Shown: positions 52,363-64,000 of the stretch, one piece after another
How positions within the stretch are numbered: position 1 is the stretch's first letter
Layout of the letters: each line of letters opens with the position of its first letter
NCBI GenBank assembly: GCA_963693365.1
Contig: CAVNZM010000003.1
Span: forward strand, 14,168,914 to 14,232,913
Length of the DNA stretch: 64,000 nt
Direction: 5' to 3'
Source of the DNA: Amoebidium appalachense
Lineage: Eukaryota; Protista; Ichthyosporea
Program-made: the position numbers and the translations under genes
The notes under the pieces: model-generated
The model's input: only the letters and a program-made list of their open reading frames with translations
What the model was told of the DNA's origin: nothing
Database searches by the model: none

Positions 52363-52757
52363 TCTACGCGCACACCCACACACACAGCTCTAGAACATAG
52401 GGGTTAGGAGCTAGGACACACGAGTACAGGGAAACGGAGCTCGGGAGAACGGGCCAATAGGGCTGAGTACAAAATTTCGCAGGCCAACTACGGCGCCCGC
52501 GCGCGTCAAGAATAAATGTCCCTACACAAAGACGTTTATTCTGGCCACTGCACATAATTTTACTCCCCCCCCCATCCCACGAGCCTCCCCCCCCCCCCTT
52601 ACACTCACCTAGCACTCCCTCCCCCCCCCTTCTTCTACCTCTGTGTCCGCCCACACCCCCGCGTGCTCGGGCACATTCCCCTGCACAGGGCCCCGCTGCC
52701 CTCCCTGCCAACCCTCACTTGGGCCCAGCTGCCCTACTCTAACCCCCCGGGGCCCTG

Positions 52758-52805
<48 letters not shown>

Positions 52806-53021
52806 CTGCCGGGATCTCCCCAAGGGTACACCACCCTTGCTAACCACCCCTTCCCCCGAGGCTCAGACCCGGAGGCCCGCCCGCTGCCCCAGCACCACAT
52901 TGACACCTCCCGCCTCCGGGAACTGCTGGCCTCCTACCCGGACCAACCATTCGCCGCACAACTCCTCCACGATGTCGAATTCGGCGTCGACATCGGCTAT
53001 CGCGGCCCCTCCACCTCTCGG

Positions 53022-54488
53022 GTGGGCCCCAACCTACCCACCACCCCGGAGGCAGCTGCCGCTCTCACGGTGGATATTGCCAAAGAAGTCGCCCTCGGCC
53101 ACCTGCGCGGCCCCCTCTCCCCGGCCCAATTCTTTGACGAATTTCCGGTCCACCGTTCCTCCCCCATCGGCGCCGTTACCAAGAAAGGGAACCCCCCCAA
53201 GTACCGTCGAATCCACCACCTCTCCTGGCCCCGGGGTAGCAGTGTCAATGACAGCATCACCTACCCCGACGAACTTCAGTACATTCGCGCCCGGGATGTC
53301 ACCCAACTCATTCTCGACGCAGGCCCCGGCTGCTACATGGCCGTGGCAGATGTGCAGGCTGCCTTCCGGCACATGCCCATCCGACCGGAAGACCACCACT
53401 TAATGGCATTCAAATGGCAAGGGCATTTTTACGTTGAAACCAGACTGCCCTTCGGCCTGAAATCTAGCCCAGCCATCTGGGAACGGATCGCGGCCACCCT
53501 ACAGTGGCTGGCACACCAGCACGGTATTACCCTCATCCGCCACTACGTAGACGACTGGATTATAGTCGCCCCCACACAAGAGCAGTGCCAACGTCACCTA
53601 TCCACCTTCCTGCAACTCTGCCGAGAGCTGCACATTGCCATCTCCGAAGACAAGATGCAGGGCCCGGCTACCCGTGTCGTCTTCATCGGTATCGAATTCA
53701 ACTCCATCACCATGGAGGCACGAATCCCGGCTTCCAAGCTCTCGGACCTACTCGACCTCACTTCCCACCCAAAGCCCACCATCACCATTCGGGACCTCCA
53801 GTCCCTCCTCGGCAAACTCACCTGGTGTGCCCAGCAGGTTCCCCCCGGGAGGGCCTTCTCCCAGCGCCTATGGGCCCTTCTCCGGACCCACCCACACCTT
53901 GCCGGCCACCACCACATACGACTGACTGCTGCCGCCCGGGCCGACATAGCCGAATGGCACCAGTTCCTCACATCATGGAATGGGGTGCACCTCATCACAC
54001 CCCCCACATACACCACCCTGGCCACTGATGCTGCCGGATCGGTGGGTCTAGGAGGCCACTGGCTCGACCAATGGTTCTTCATGCCCTGGTCCCCCTCCAC
54101 CCAAGCCCTCTATGCTCATGAGGGTAAACTCGGTTCTTCCGTCATCGAACTCCTGGCCATCGCAGCCGCCGTGGCCCTCTGGGCCCCCTCCTGGTCCACC
54201 CACCATGTCCGTATTTTATGCGACAACACGGGTGCTGTGTCTGACCTGCACTCCCGGTCTTCCCCCCACCCCGTGATGGCCAAACTTATTCGGTTCATCA
54301 CCCGCATGGAAATGCAATACCAATTTACGTTACAGGCATCCTACCTACCAGGACCCCTCAACCATCTGGCCGATGCCATTTCTCGTAACCAACTTCCCCG
54401 GGCCCGACGACTCCGACCTTCCCTGCAACCGGAGCCCTGCCCCTTCCCCTCCTGGGTCCACGAGTTCCTATCCCTTCCCTTGGGCTAA
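53022..54488 (+). CDS. DIRS-type reverse transcriptase/RNase H (the frame extends upstream to ~52806)
   Basis: KYRRIHHLS, ADVQAAFR, LPFGLKSSP, HYVDDW; RNase H ATDAA..IELLA..CDN..NHLADAISR. No methyltransferase domain is visible. Confidence 0.95.
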   Translation: MGPNLPTTPEAAAALTVDIAKEVALGHLRGPLSPAQFFDEFPVHRSSPIGAVTKKGNPPKYRRIHHLSWPRGSSVNDSITYPDELQYIRARDVTQLILDAGPGCYMAVADVQAAFRHMPIRPEDHHLMAFKWQGHFYVETRLPFGLKSSPAIWERIAATLQWLAHQHGITLIRHYVDDWIIVAPTQEQCQRHLSTFLQLCRELHIAISEDKMQGPATRVVFIGIEFNSITMEARIPASKLSDLLDLTSHPKPTITIRDLQSLLGKLTWCAQQVPPGRAFSQRLWALLRTHPHLAGHHHIRLTAAARADIAEWHQFLTSWNGVHLITPPTYTTLATDAAGSVGLGGHWLDQWFFMPWSPSTQALYAHEGKLGSSVIELLAIAAAVALWAPSWSTHHVRILCDNTGAVSDLHSRSSPHPVMAKLIRFITRMEMQYQFTLQASYLPGPLNHLADAISRNQLPRARRLRPSLQPEPCPFPSWVHEFLSLPLG

Positions 54489-54539
54489 CCCCCCCCCCCC
54501 CCCCCCCCAGATCTCCCGTTCCGGAGCAACACTGGCAGA

Positions 54540-55571
54540 TTGGCCCCCCACTTTGCTCCGGCCGAGCTGCTTCGAGCCACCACTACCCTGCAGGAATGCC
54601 AGGCCCTGAGTCTCAACCTCGACTCTCGGGCCTTTTACTCCCGGGTGCAAAAAGTGTTCATCGATTTCTGTGTGGCATCTCGGCTGCAATCCTCCTCCGG
54701 GTCCTCCCTCCCGGCCTCCCCACACACCGTGCAACTTTTTCTCGCCTGGTGTGCCCAACGAGGGGTACAGGCCTCTTCCTTAACCGGCTACAATTCGGCC
54801 ATCACCAGGCTCCACCTCGACATGGGCCTCCCTGCTCCCTACCCCCACGACAAGTCTCTGGCCTGGTTCCTACGGGGGGTGGGCCGATGGCAGCTTTCTC
54901 ACAACATCGGACCCCGCTCATCCACCAGGGAACCCCTCCTCCCCTCCCACCTCCGCCTACTCCATGGCCAGTGCCCCACCAAGGCCTCCTCGGCCAATCT
55001 CCGGCTATGGACGGCCCTCATCGTCGGTTTCTGTGGTCTCCTCCGTTCAGGGGAATTTACCTCCAAGACCCTGACTTCTTTCGACCCGTCCCGTCACGTT
55101 AAACGGAAGGACGTGACCTTCAGCTACACCCCCACCGGTACTTTGTCCCATGCCACCCTCCACCTGCCAACCTCTAAGACGGATGTACAGGCCCGAGGTG
55201 TCAACGTCACCCTAGCTGCCCTGCCCCTCACCCACTTCTCCCCAGCCCATCTCCTCCGGCAGTCCCTGGATACAACGTCCGGTCAACCCGACGACCCCCT
55301 CTTCAGTCTCGGTGGCATCCCCTACACCAAGAGTGCTTTCTCTGCCGATTTCCGTGCCCTCCTCTCCCGGGCAGGCCTCTCACCCTCCCGGTTTGCCGGA
55401 CACAGCCTCCGCATCGGGGGGGCCACAGCACTGGCTGAGGCCGGGGTCGACGACTCCCGGATCAAACAACTCGGCAGGTGGTCCTCCGACTGCTTCCTGA
55501 TCTATACCCGACTTCGTCCGGCCTCCATTGCTGCCACCACCACACGTGTATTCGCCTCTATTCTTAAGTGA
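54540..55571 (+). CDS. Tyrosine recombinase (Ngaro copy 2)
   Basis: GLLRSGEF, SKTD, HSLRIGGA, LGRWSS..Y. Confidence 0.93.
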   Translation: MAPHFAPAELLRATTTLQECQALSLNLDSRAFYSRVQKVFIDFCVASRLQSSSGSSLPASPHTVQLFLAWCAQRGVQASSLTGYNSAITRLHLDMGLPAPYPHDKSLAWFLRGVGRWQLSHNIGPRSSTREPLLPSHLRLLHGQCPTKASSANLRLWTALIVGFCGLLRSGEFTSKTLTSFDPSRHVKRKDVTFSYTPTGTLSHATLHLPTSKTDVQARGVNVTLAALPLTHFSPAHLLRQSLDTTSGQPDDPLFSLGGIPYTKSAFSADFRALLSRAGLSPSRFAGHSLRIGGATALAEAGVDDSRIKQLGRWSSDCFLIYTRLRPASIAATTTRVFASILK

Positions 55572-56534
55572 AACCTTTGGAGCAAGCATACTGCTCTCGT
55601 GCCGTGGTTTACAACCATTGCAGGTTCACTTTCGTCCAAGGGGATGTCCCCCTAGAGGCAACACACGTCCCGGAGTAGTTTTCATAGAGGTTTTATTTGT
55701 GGAAATTATTGACATAAATATTTTTCTGGGTAAACACGTAGGATGGGTGTTCGATACCAACATAACCATGTAGGCTTCATTTCGTGTTTTAGCAGTTAGC
55801 GGTTGGCTGCCCGCACACGGGCACCTATTAGCCAGTCAAAACATCAGATACCACAGATCACTCGACCGAGTTATGATTGGCTCGGATCAGATTTCACATA
55901 TCACTAGATCGATTTTTGATTGGCTCAGATCGGTAGGCTTAGGTATATAAGCACGACAGTTTTTAGCAGATCAGCAAGCTACAAACACATCTTCTGTGTT
56001 TAGCATCCACAGCCTTACAGCTATATATTCCTTTTCACCCACCCACCTACACCCACACACAACCCCCATTGATCCACACATACGTGCTGTTTTTTCACGG
56101 GGCGAAGACTTCCCCCGTTTTTTGGGCACATGGACCTCACGGATCAATAAATTGATGACTGGGGGCTTGCCGTGGTTTACAACCATTGCAGGTTCACTTT
56201 CGTCCAAGGGGATGTCCCCCTAGAGGCAACACACGTCCCGGAGTAGTTTTCATAGACCAATGAAGAGGCGAATTGAGATCACGGAGGGAGGAGAGGAGTG
56301 GCTGGTCTGGGAGGGGGAAGATAGTGCATATGCAATGAGGGGAAAAGTGAGAGCAGAGGAGCGGGCAGGGGAACGAACCATACACTAAGACTGTGAAGGA
56401 AAGATAGTAACATAGGCATCGGCAAAGGGGGGGGGGGGGGGGGTTAAGGAGTAGCATAGGCATCGGCAAAGGGGGGGGGGGGGGGTTAAGGGCAGGGGCG
56501 TAGCTTATGCATGTTGTTAATAGCAAATTCATAC

Positions 56535-56978
56535 CCGTGGTGAGGAGATCCTGTTGATGAGGGCTTCCTGGTCAGCAGTGAGTGCCTCGCCAGCCTCCTT
56601 CTTGAGGTTCTCCCTCACATAGCGGGACGTCAGGACATTTCCCGATGTGACATCGCCTTCCAGCACGGCGTAGGTTGTCCATGCGGCCGGGGAACTGTTG
56701 CTTTCATCAGGCTCAAGAACAGCCGTGAACTTGTTGATGCCGCAAAACCCAGCCGCCCCATGCCTGCCCCAGGCAGTGATTGAGTTGACGAGGAAACTTA
56801 CGGCCGCCATGCCAGCAGGGTCCCTTTTGAAAAAGGGGAGGGCCATATCGTTCAGTTGCTGATCGCTCGGCAGAGTTGTCCCGAGGACCTTCCGTACCTG
56901 GGGTTGGTAATGGAGTTGGAGGGGAAGGGGGCTGGTCAACATTAAGCAAGCAGGACCTTTGCAAGCCTTTCGGAAAGT

Positions 56979-57025
<47 letters not shown>

Positions 57026-57599
57026 CGAGTGCCTGATACAGAGGAGCATTTGTTTGTGTGACGTGTGTGTGTCCGTGTCCGTGTGTCCGTGTGTCCGTGT
57101 GTCCGTGTGTCCGTGTGTCCGTGTGTCCGTGTGTCCGTGTGTCCGTGTGTCCGTGTGTCCGTATGTCCGTGTGTCTGTGTGTCTGTGTGTCTGTGTGTCT
57201 GTATGTCTGTGTGTGTGTTCGTGTGTGCCCCTCCCCCCCCCCCCTCCCCCCCCCCCCAAAAGAAAAAAAAAAACAAAAAAAGAAAATAATGTGTAGATGC
57301 ATACCTTTTCCCATGATGGCTTTCCGTCTTCGGCAATCGGTTCACCTGCTTTCTCGGCTGCCTGTCGGATTGTTGGGTTGAGTCTGTTCCACAGGAAAAG
57401 TTGCAGGTCCAAAAAAGCCTGCAGCAACGGGTGTAAGCCTACAGGTTAACTTTGCTTGAAAAAAAGCAACCGTCCGGAAAATCTTCCATGAAAACGTGTG
57501 TGGGGGGGGGTGGGTGTGGGTGATTTTCTATAGTTATATGTGAAGATGTTGGCCGACGGGGGTTGTTGGGGAAGTACGGCTAGTAGGTGGTAGCTCCGA

Positions 57600-57637
<38 letters not shown>

Positions 57638-57904
57638 GTCTTGGTAGGCAGAGTAGTTGCTGAGTTTCCGTTTGGTAGATCAGTTAGGGTTAAGGCAGAA
57701 GAAGTATTGGGAGTAGAGGAGGTGGGGAGGGGAGGATTGAGAGTTATCACAGTAGACGTCTTTGGAGAGACTTCGAGAGGAAGACAGGCAATGAGAAGGG
57801 GAAGGCAGAGTTCAAAGAGGACCCGAGGGGGGGGGGGGGGGGGGGGGAGGGAGGGGGGGGGAGGGGGGGGGGTTGAAGGGGGCATGGGACAGGGCACCTC
57901 CCCT

Positions 57905-57935
<31 letters not shown>

Positions 57936-58517
57936 GGGGGATGGGACTTACCCTCTGCTGGAAAATTTTGTGTGGGAGCTTCTTCAGCTCCGACAGCTGG
58001 CTAGTCTCCAGCTCCTTCTCAAGCAGCTCAATCACCAAGTATGATGGCAGAAACTCGATGCCCCTGAAGATGGTGGGACTCAGGTCATTGGAGGCCTGCT
58101 TGAGGTCGGGCCTCCTTTTGCGTGCGTCGAATCCGCCTCCCGCATGGTGCACGTAGATCTGGGAGAGTAAGAAGGATTAAGTTACTGAAGGGAGTCTCGG
58201 TGAATGCACAAGAACCCGTGGTAGTAACTACACATTAAGACACTGGGGTGTTATTAACAGGTCAGTCTGACGTACTCAACAAGGTGGGGACAAGGTGAGG
58301 GAAAGGTCGGCAGGCAGGTACTACAGGCAGGGGGATGGGACGAGGGGTTGGGAGGGGAAAGGGGGGGATGGACAAGGGGGGGCAAGGGGGGAGTTGGCCG
58401 TGCGAGTTGGGGAAGTTACCGGGCTGGAAGGGACAGGTGGGGTGAGGGAAAGAGGAGGGGGGAGGGACGGGGGGTTGCGGGGTTTTTTTATTTTTATTTT
58501 TTATTTTTATTTTTTTT

Positions 58518-58549
<32 letters not shown>

Positions 58550-59404
58550 TTTGTGTGGGTAAACGGAGAAGCAGAGAGCACAGATGGGTGTTATGTTATA
58601 CACAACACAGAGACACACGGGAGAAACACAACCGGAGAGGTGGAACGATTACTGGGACCATAGGAAATGAATTCGACTGCTTGATATTTATTTCAAGATG
58701 AAGTTCCTTTTATACTCAGGAATGTGAAATCGATAAACCAATCAAAAGAACGAAAACTCCATTTTCCAATCAGAAAGACGAAAACTATGAGGGTAAAATA
58801 AATCGATCGAAATGCCTGTCGACACAAAGAAGATAAAACGCAATCCTCTAATGAAAGTAATCTTCTAATAAAAGCACGGACACATTTAACAAAATGAAAC
58901 CACTTATGTGTCTATTAGTTCACATCTACATGTTCTTAACATAACACGTCTAAATGTAAGTATTCCTAATAGTTGGGGAACATAGAACAATTCTACGTCG
59001 TGGGAAAGGAAGGAAAAGGAATGAGGATAGAAAGGAATGGAATGGGAAAGGAATCGAATAGAATTAATGAGGAATGTAGATTACTATATTTGGGAAAATA
59101 TAACGAGATCTGATTGGACGACATATTTAGACATTGACACAAACGACAATACGTGTGCGCGGGCTAAACATCTCGATGTGTACACAGATCTAAGATATCT
59201 GTGCACACGGAAACATAAGGGAAAGAAAGAAAGGAAGAAAGGAAAAGGAAACAAACTACAACAAACTAATAAACATATATAAAACTCAACTTCTAAGTCT
59301 TGCCGTGAATCATGGGAAGATGACAGGGGGGGACATTTGGGAAGGGTCGGCGGAGTGAGGGAAGTGGGAAGGGAAAGGCCGGCAGGCAGGCGGTAACACA
59401 CACG

Positions 59405-59442
<38 letters not shown>

Positions 59443-59672
59443 CTTGGTTTAGGGGAGAGTTCACACACCTTTTTGACCAATTCCCACTCCGGGTCGTCGA
59501 GGGTCATCACCTTGATGTGGGGGAAGAGGACGTCATACAGTCTGGCTGGCGGCTCTCTCCCACTCTGCCGCGCTTTATCGACCTTGGATTGGACGTCCCT
59601 CCCCAGGAGCTGAAGATTCTCCCCGATCCATTTTTTTAACCTGAGCAGAGAAAACATGCTACCATAAGTGAC
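56535..59672 (-). CDS. Exons of an unknown gene: 59672-59469, 58158-57952, 57418-57305, 56897-56535
   Basis: CAG acceptors and GT donors, all exon lengths multiples of 3, open frame, coding-like codon use. May be continuous with the 63906-60630 exons. Confidence 0.7.
58589..59312 (-). mobile_element. Solo LTR in an intron
   Basis: TG...CA termini with the 4-bp direct repeat TGGG (58585-58588, 59313-59316). Minus-strand TATAAAAG and AATAAA. Shares motifs with the LTR at 13839-14757. Confidence 0.7.
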
Positions 59673-59897
59673 CTGTATATGTGTGTTGAGACATTTGGTG
59701 CGAACAATGACATCCTATGACCTATGTATCCCAATTGTCGAATGGAAATTAGATTTTGTTGTTTGGATTCACATCAGATCGATCTAATGGTGTCAATTGG
59801 TCGATTAGCATAATTTGGGATTCTCAAATTGTTGGGAACCCTTCGATGTCATTTCCAGTGTATACACCTAACCCGCAAAGTCATGCACGTACACATT

Positions 59898-59931
<34 letters not shown>

Positions 59932-60629
59932 AACACACCTACCCACAGAAAGGCAGACACACGTACACGTCAGACACACGTACACGTACACGTAGACATA
60001 GAGTTGCTATACGTGAGGGAGGGAGGGGAACCAGGGTTTGTTCATGGGGCATTGTAAGAACAATATAGAGATGTTCACATTGTGTGTTTATTGGTATTCA
60101 TAAATTGTTCGTGGGCGCCCACATTTATTCACACAATACATTCGAGAATACCCTACTATTACGACATGAGTAACTTTTGAATGTACATGCCCAGCATTCA
60201 TTGAACACTAATATGTACCGACTCACTCTGTCGACGTCCCCCCCCCCCCCCTCCCCCTCCCCCCCTCCCTCCCTCCCCCCCCCCCCCTTCCCCCCCATAT
60301 CCCCCTTCCGTTCCCCCTACCCACCCCCTATTACTTATATACCCATGCATTGTTCAGAATCTGAAGTCAGAAGATTTTCTTTATTGTGTTGGCTGACACC
60401 AAAACACCAAGAAAAATCTAAGTCACCATGGTTTCGTAATTTTTTTTTTCTAAAATAAAATAAAGACACACATACACAAAGACAAAGACACACACACACA
60501 TGTATTGTTCAGAATCTAAAGTAACAACATATTCATTATTATTTTGGCTGACACTAAAAGCACCAAGTAAAAATCACAATAAAAAATAGTTTCGTATTAA
60601 TAATTTCTACTTGTGCCTATCACTAGAGT

Positions 60630-61001
60630 TCACACTTCCTCCTGCCCAGGCAGGGCGTCGGCGTGTGCAGGGTCATCCACTCTCTTGTCGCCGTTCTGGT
60701 CGCCGGCCTCTTGCGCCTTCTTCTCCTTCTCCTCAGCCGCGGCCCTTTTGGCATCAGCTATAGCTGCCGCCTTTGCTGCTTCTTGCTTGGCCTTGACGTA
60801 CATCTTGAAATTCCTCTTGTACTGTGGGGAAACATATGGTGAGCAAATGGAACACAATAAAACAGCTATTACTATCTAATCTACATACTCTACATTACCT
60901 CGCAGTTGGCGCTGGAAAAAGAATAATGTGTTCGGGTTCGAATTGTGCTTCCGTTTGGGTGTGTAATTGCAGTTTTGGGGGGGGGGGGGGGGGGGGAGAG
61001 G

Positions 61002-61080
<79 letters not shown>

Positions 61081-61355
61081 AGAGAGACTGTGTGTCTGTG
61101 TGTGTGTTTGTGTTTCTGTGTGTGGTGTGACCGTCGTGCATGTGTTTCTGTTTTTGTGGGTGCGTGTTTGCGTGTGTGTTTGCGTGTGTGTTTGTGTGTG
61201 TGTTTGTGTGTGCATTTTTTTTGGGTGTATGTGTGTGTTCGTGGGTGTGTGTGTGTTCGTGTGTGTGTGACAGATAAACGGGGTGAGACAGAGAGAGATA
61301 GAGAGATAGAGAGATAGAGAAGAAGAGAGAGAGAGAGGGAGAGAGAGAGAGAGAG

Positions 61356-61392
<37 letters not shown>

Positions 61393-61758
61393 CTGTGTGT
61401 GTGTGCATGATGTGTGTGTTCATTCGGTGGGAGCCAGGGGAAGAAAGAAAGAGAAGGGGGGGGGGGGGGGGGGGGGAAGGCTGTCACCTTCTTCAGGTCG
61501 TGAAGGGCAGCGTTGTAGCCTGTGGCGTTTAACTTGTCGCTGTTGTTGAGCCGGCCGAAGATGCCGGAATCACGGTAGGAGGGGCAGAAGAGCACCTCCT
61601 TCACGATGTACATGCAGTAGGCATGTGTGGTCGTGAAAGAGGAAACCTGGATGTGGGGAAAGGAGGATGAAAGTTAGTTAGGGTGTACAAGGAATCAACA
61701 CGTTTTTGCTCTATCTCTTGAATGTTCCTAGTGGGAAGGGGGATGGGCGAGGAGGTGT

Positions 61759-61789
<31 letters not shown>

Positions 61790-62297
61790 GTAAATAAGGA
61801 TCCGAGAGTATTATGGTGCAGTATGCTTGCCTAGAGAGAGGGTGCAATGTACTGAACTGCTTAGACAACCAAGAGAAAAGCAAATACCTGGTCGGAAGCC
61901 GGGGCTATCTTCTTCACAATTTGTCGGAAGATGCTGTTCATGCCGGGGCGGCCTTGCTCGTCGACCCACCACTTCGGCCCAAGCACAAACTGCTCACCGT
62001 TGGCCTCGGCCACATACATGCTGGTTAGCCTGTTGAAGGCTTGCTTGCGCTCTTCAGTGCCGGCCCCATGTTCCTGTGTTTAACGTGGGGGGGGGGGGGG
62101 GGGGGGGGGGGGGGGTAAGCAATATATATCAAGTGATTGGAAGTGATTGTTTCTATCAGGACACAATGGGAGAGTTAAAGGAGAGGGTTTGAAAAGAAGT
62201 TAGGAAGGAGAGGCTGAGGGAGGAAGCAAGTTAAAAGAGAGTATTTAAGGGGAAAGTAGGAGGGAGAAACTGAGGTGGGAAGTTTTTTTTATGTTTT

Positions 62298-62328
<31 letters not shown>

Positions 62329-63363
62329 GGGGGAGTGGTAAAAAAACAAGTAAAAAGGAATAGGACAGGGTTGAATGTTCATCATCGAAGTGCCTTTAGT
62401 GCAATTGAATACTCGTAAATACACAATGACGAACACATCTGAATAAACACTTTGTACATCAACGAATGCAATGCACTGGTTAATGGTACTAACACATGCA
62501 ATATAATGTTCAATGTACACTCGAACAACACCTGTGTAACATACGAACACTCATCAAGGACACCCAAGAACATACGAATAGTACATACATAGTGCTAAAC
62601 AATGGAATCGTTTCAAGTTAGATTAAAAACAAATACCAAAGAGATGGTGGTGAATGGGGTAGTTAAATATAAAAACATATACCAAAGAGATGGTGGTGCG
62701 TGGGATAGTGTGGGATAGTGTGGGGGAGGGGGGGGGGGGGGGGGGGGATGGGGATGGGGATGCATACACTGATGTCGTACTTCTCCTCCAGTTGCGGGTA
62801 AGCCACATTGCGTAGCTTCCACGCAAACTGGCCACGCCCGTGGCGTACAGCGTCACGGATCGGTCCCCGGTGGTACTTCTGGGCGATGAAGGCCTTGATC
62901 CCCTCGTCCTCACGGTCGCCCTCCTCGATGAGGCCCTTCTCCTCGGCGAGCAGCCACACAGCCTCGTCGAGGTCAAGGTCCGTGGCACAGTAGGTCATGC
63001 CAAAGACAATCCTGGTGACGTCTGATGTTGACGTCACCCTCCTGAGGTTGTGGTAGAGCTGGCATGTGTATGTGTGTATGAATCATGTGTTGTGCAGAGG
63101 GCCAGGGGGAAGGGGCAAAGGGGGGGGGGGGGGGGGTTTAGTTATCCACAGTGATGGCACAAGATTACGTCAAGGTGGAGGATCTCAATACATGTATTTG
63201 TGTTTTGATTCTCTTCGGGGAAAGATGGGGGAGGGGGGGGGGGGGGGGGGGGGGGAGGCGGGTGAAGGCGTGGGGTGGGGGGGGGGGGGGAAGATAAGCC
63301 ATGCACGGCATGATAAGCAGTCCAACTCAAAGGGCAGGCACTAATTTCAAAAATTATTTGTAT

Positions 63364-63419
<56 letters not shown>

Positions 63420-63906
63420 GAGAATGAGGTGAACGACGTGACATGGTACCAAATAGTACACTACGAATAGCACATACATGGTAACAAAGGATGCAGCACG
63501 TTAGCCTCTTTTAAGTAAACATGGGCCCCGGGGGGGGAAGAGGGAGGGGGAGGGGGTATAAGGAGAGCATGCAGGGGCAAAAAAGGGTGGGGGTGAGGGA
63601 GGGTCGGTGGGTGGGTGAGTGGGGGGGGGGGGGGGGGGGGGGGAGAACATACCGTTGAGACCTTGGAGGACATCTGGGCAACCACGATCTGCGGGATGGC
63701 CATCTCACTTTTCGAAGGTCGCTTGCGGTCAAATTCTTGAGCCGCCTTCTTGGGCTTAGATGCCGGGCTTTCCTGCCCGGCAAGCTCAGGGAAGGCGGCC
63801 TTCCACCTGCCCTCGGCGAGTGTCCACAAGTCCTCGGTGGTAAGGCCGGGGTTGGCCTGTTGAATCCGGACAATCTCCTTGGTGATGAAGAGGTGCTTCT
63901 GCTGGC
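60630..63906 (-). CDS. Exons of an unknown gene entering from beyond the window: 63906-63653, 63058-62768, 62073-61888, 61646-61488, 60821-~60630
   Basis: GT-AG boundaries with phase-0 joins giving a continuous open frame. No recognisable domain. Confidence 0.72.
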
Positions 63907-64000
63907 CTGGGGAAAAAAAAAAAGATTAGCAAGGGTGGTAATGAGAGAGGGACGGGGGGTGTTGTGCTGTCATGGGGGGGAGGGGGGGGGGGGGGGGAAG

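Larger units (their letters stand above)
51427..56256 (+). mobile_element. Ngaro/DIRS-type retrotransposon, copy 2 (5'-truncated; RT/RNaseH and YR intact)
   Basis: Homology to copy 1 starts inside gag at 51427. B1 55600-55688, A2 from 55689, B2 56168-56256. Confidence 0.95.

Overview
Eukaryotic, repeat-dense region made almost entirely of nested mobile elements plus intron-rich genes. Introns are full of (CA)n/(TG)n and poly-G/poly-C, so most short ORFs in the track are artefacts. Supported contents: (1) a full-length Ty1/copia LTR retrotransposon (2308-9058); (2) three members of a Ngaro/DIRS-type tyrosine-recombinase retrotransposon family: a solo A-B remnant (9344-9870), an RT-deleted copy (15883-19867) and a 5'-truncated copy with intact RT/RNaseH and YR (51427-56256); (3) a ~1000-codon spliced Sola-like/DUF7869-type transposase gene on the minus strand (33445 to 15194), whose last exon is split in frame by the Ngaro copy; (4) a ~7.9-kb tandem duplication of that gene's 5' half; (5) two further multi-exon genes of unknown function; (6) a second copia 3' LTR and a solo LTR. 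The most unusual object is present in only one duplicate copy. It is a 310-bp cassette carrying an intact tRNA-Glu(CTC) gene, bounded by a 9-bp direct repeat and non-inverted ends. Those same ends recur as a ~45-bp mini-copy at 1367-1429. A non-LTR retrotransposon has inserted into the cassette head-to-head, 13 nt upstream of the tRNA, with an 11-bp TSD. All gene models and family assignments are by eye; no database search was possible and the organism cannot be assigned.
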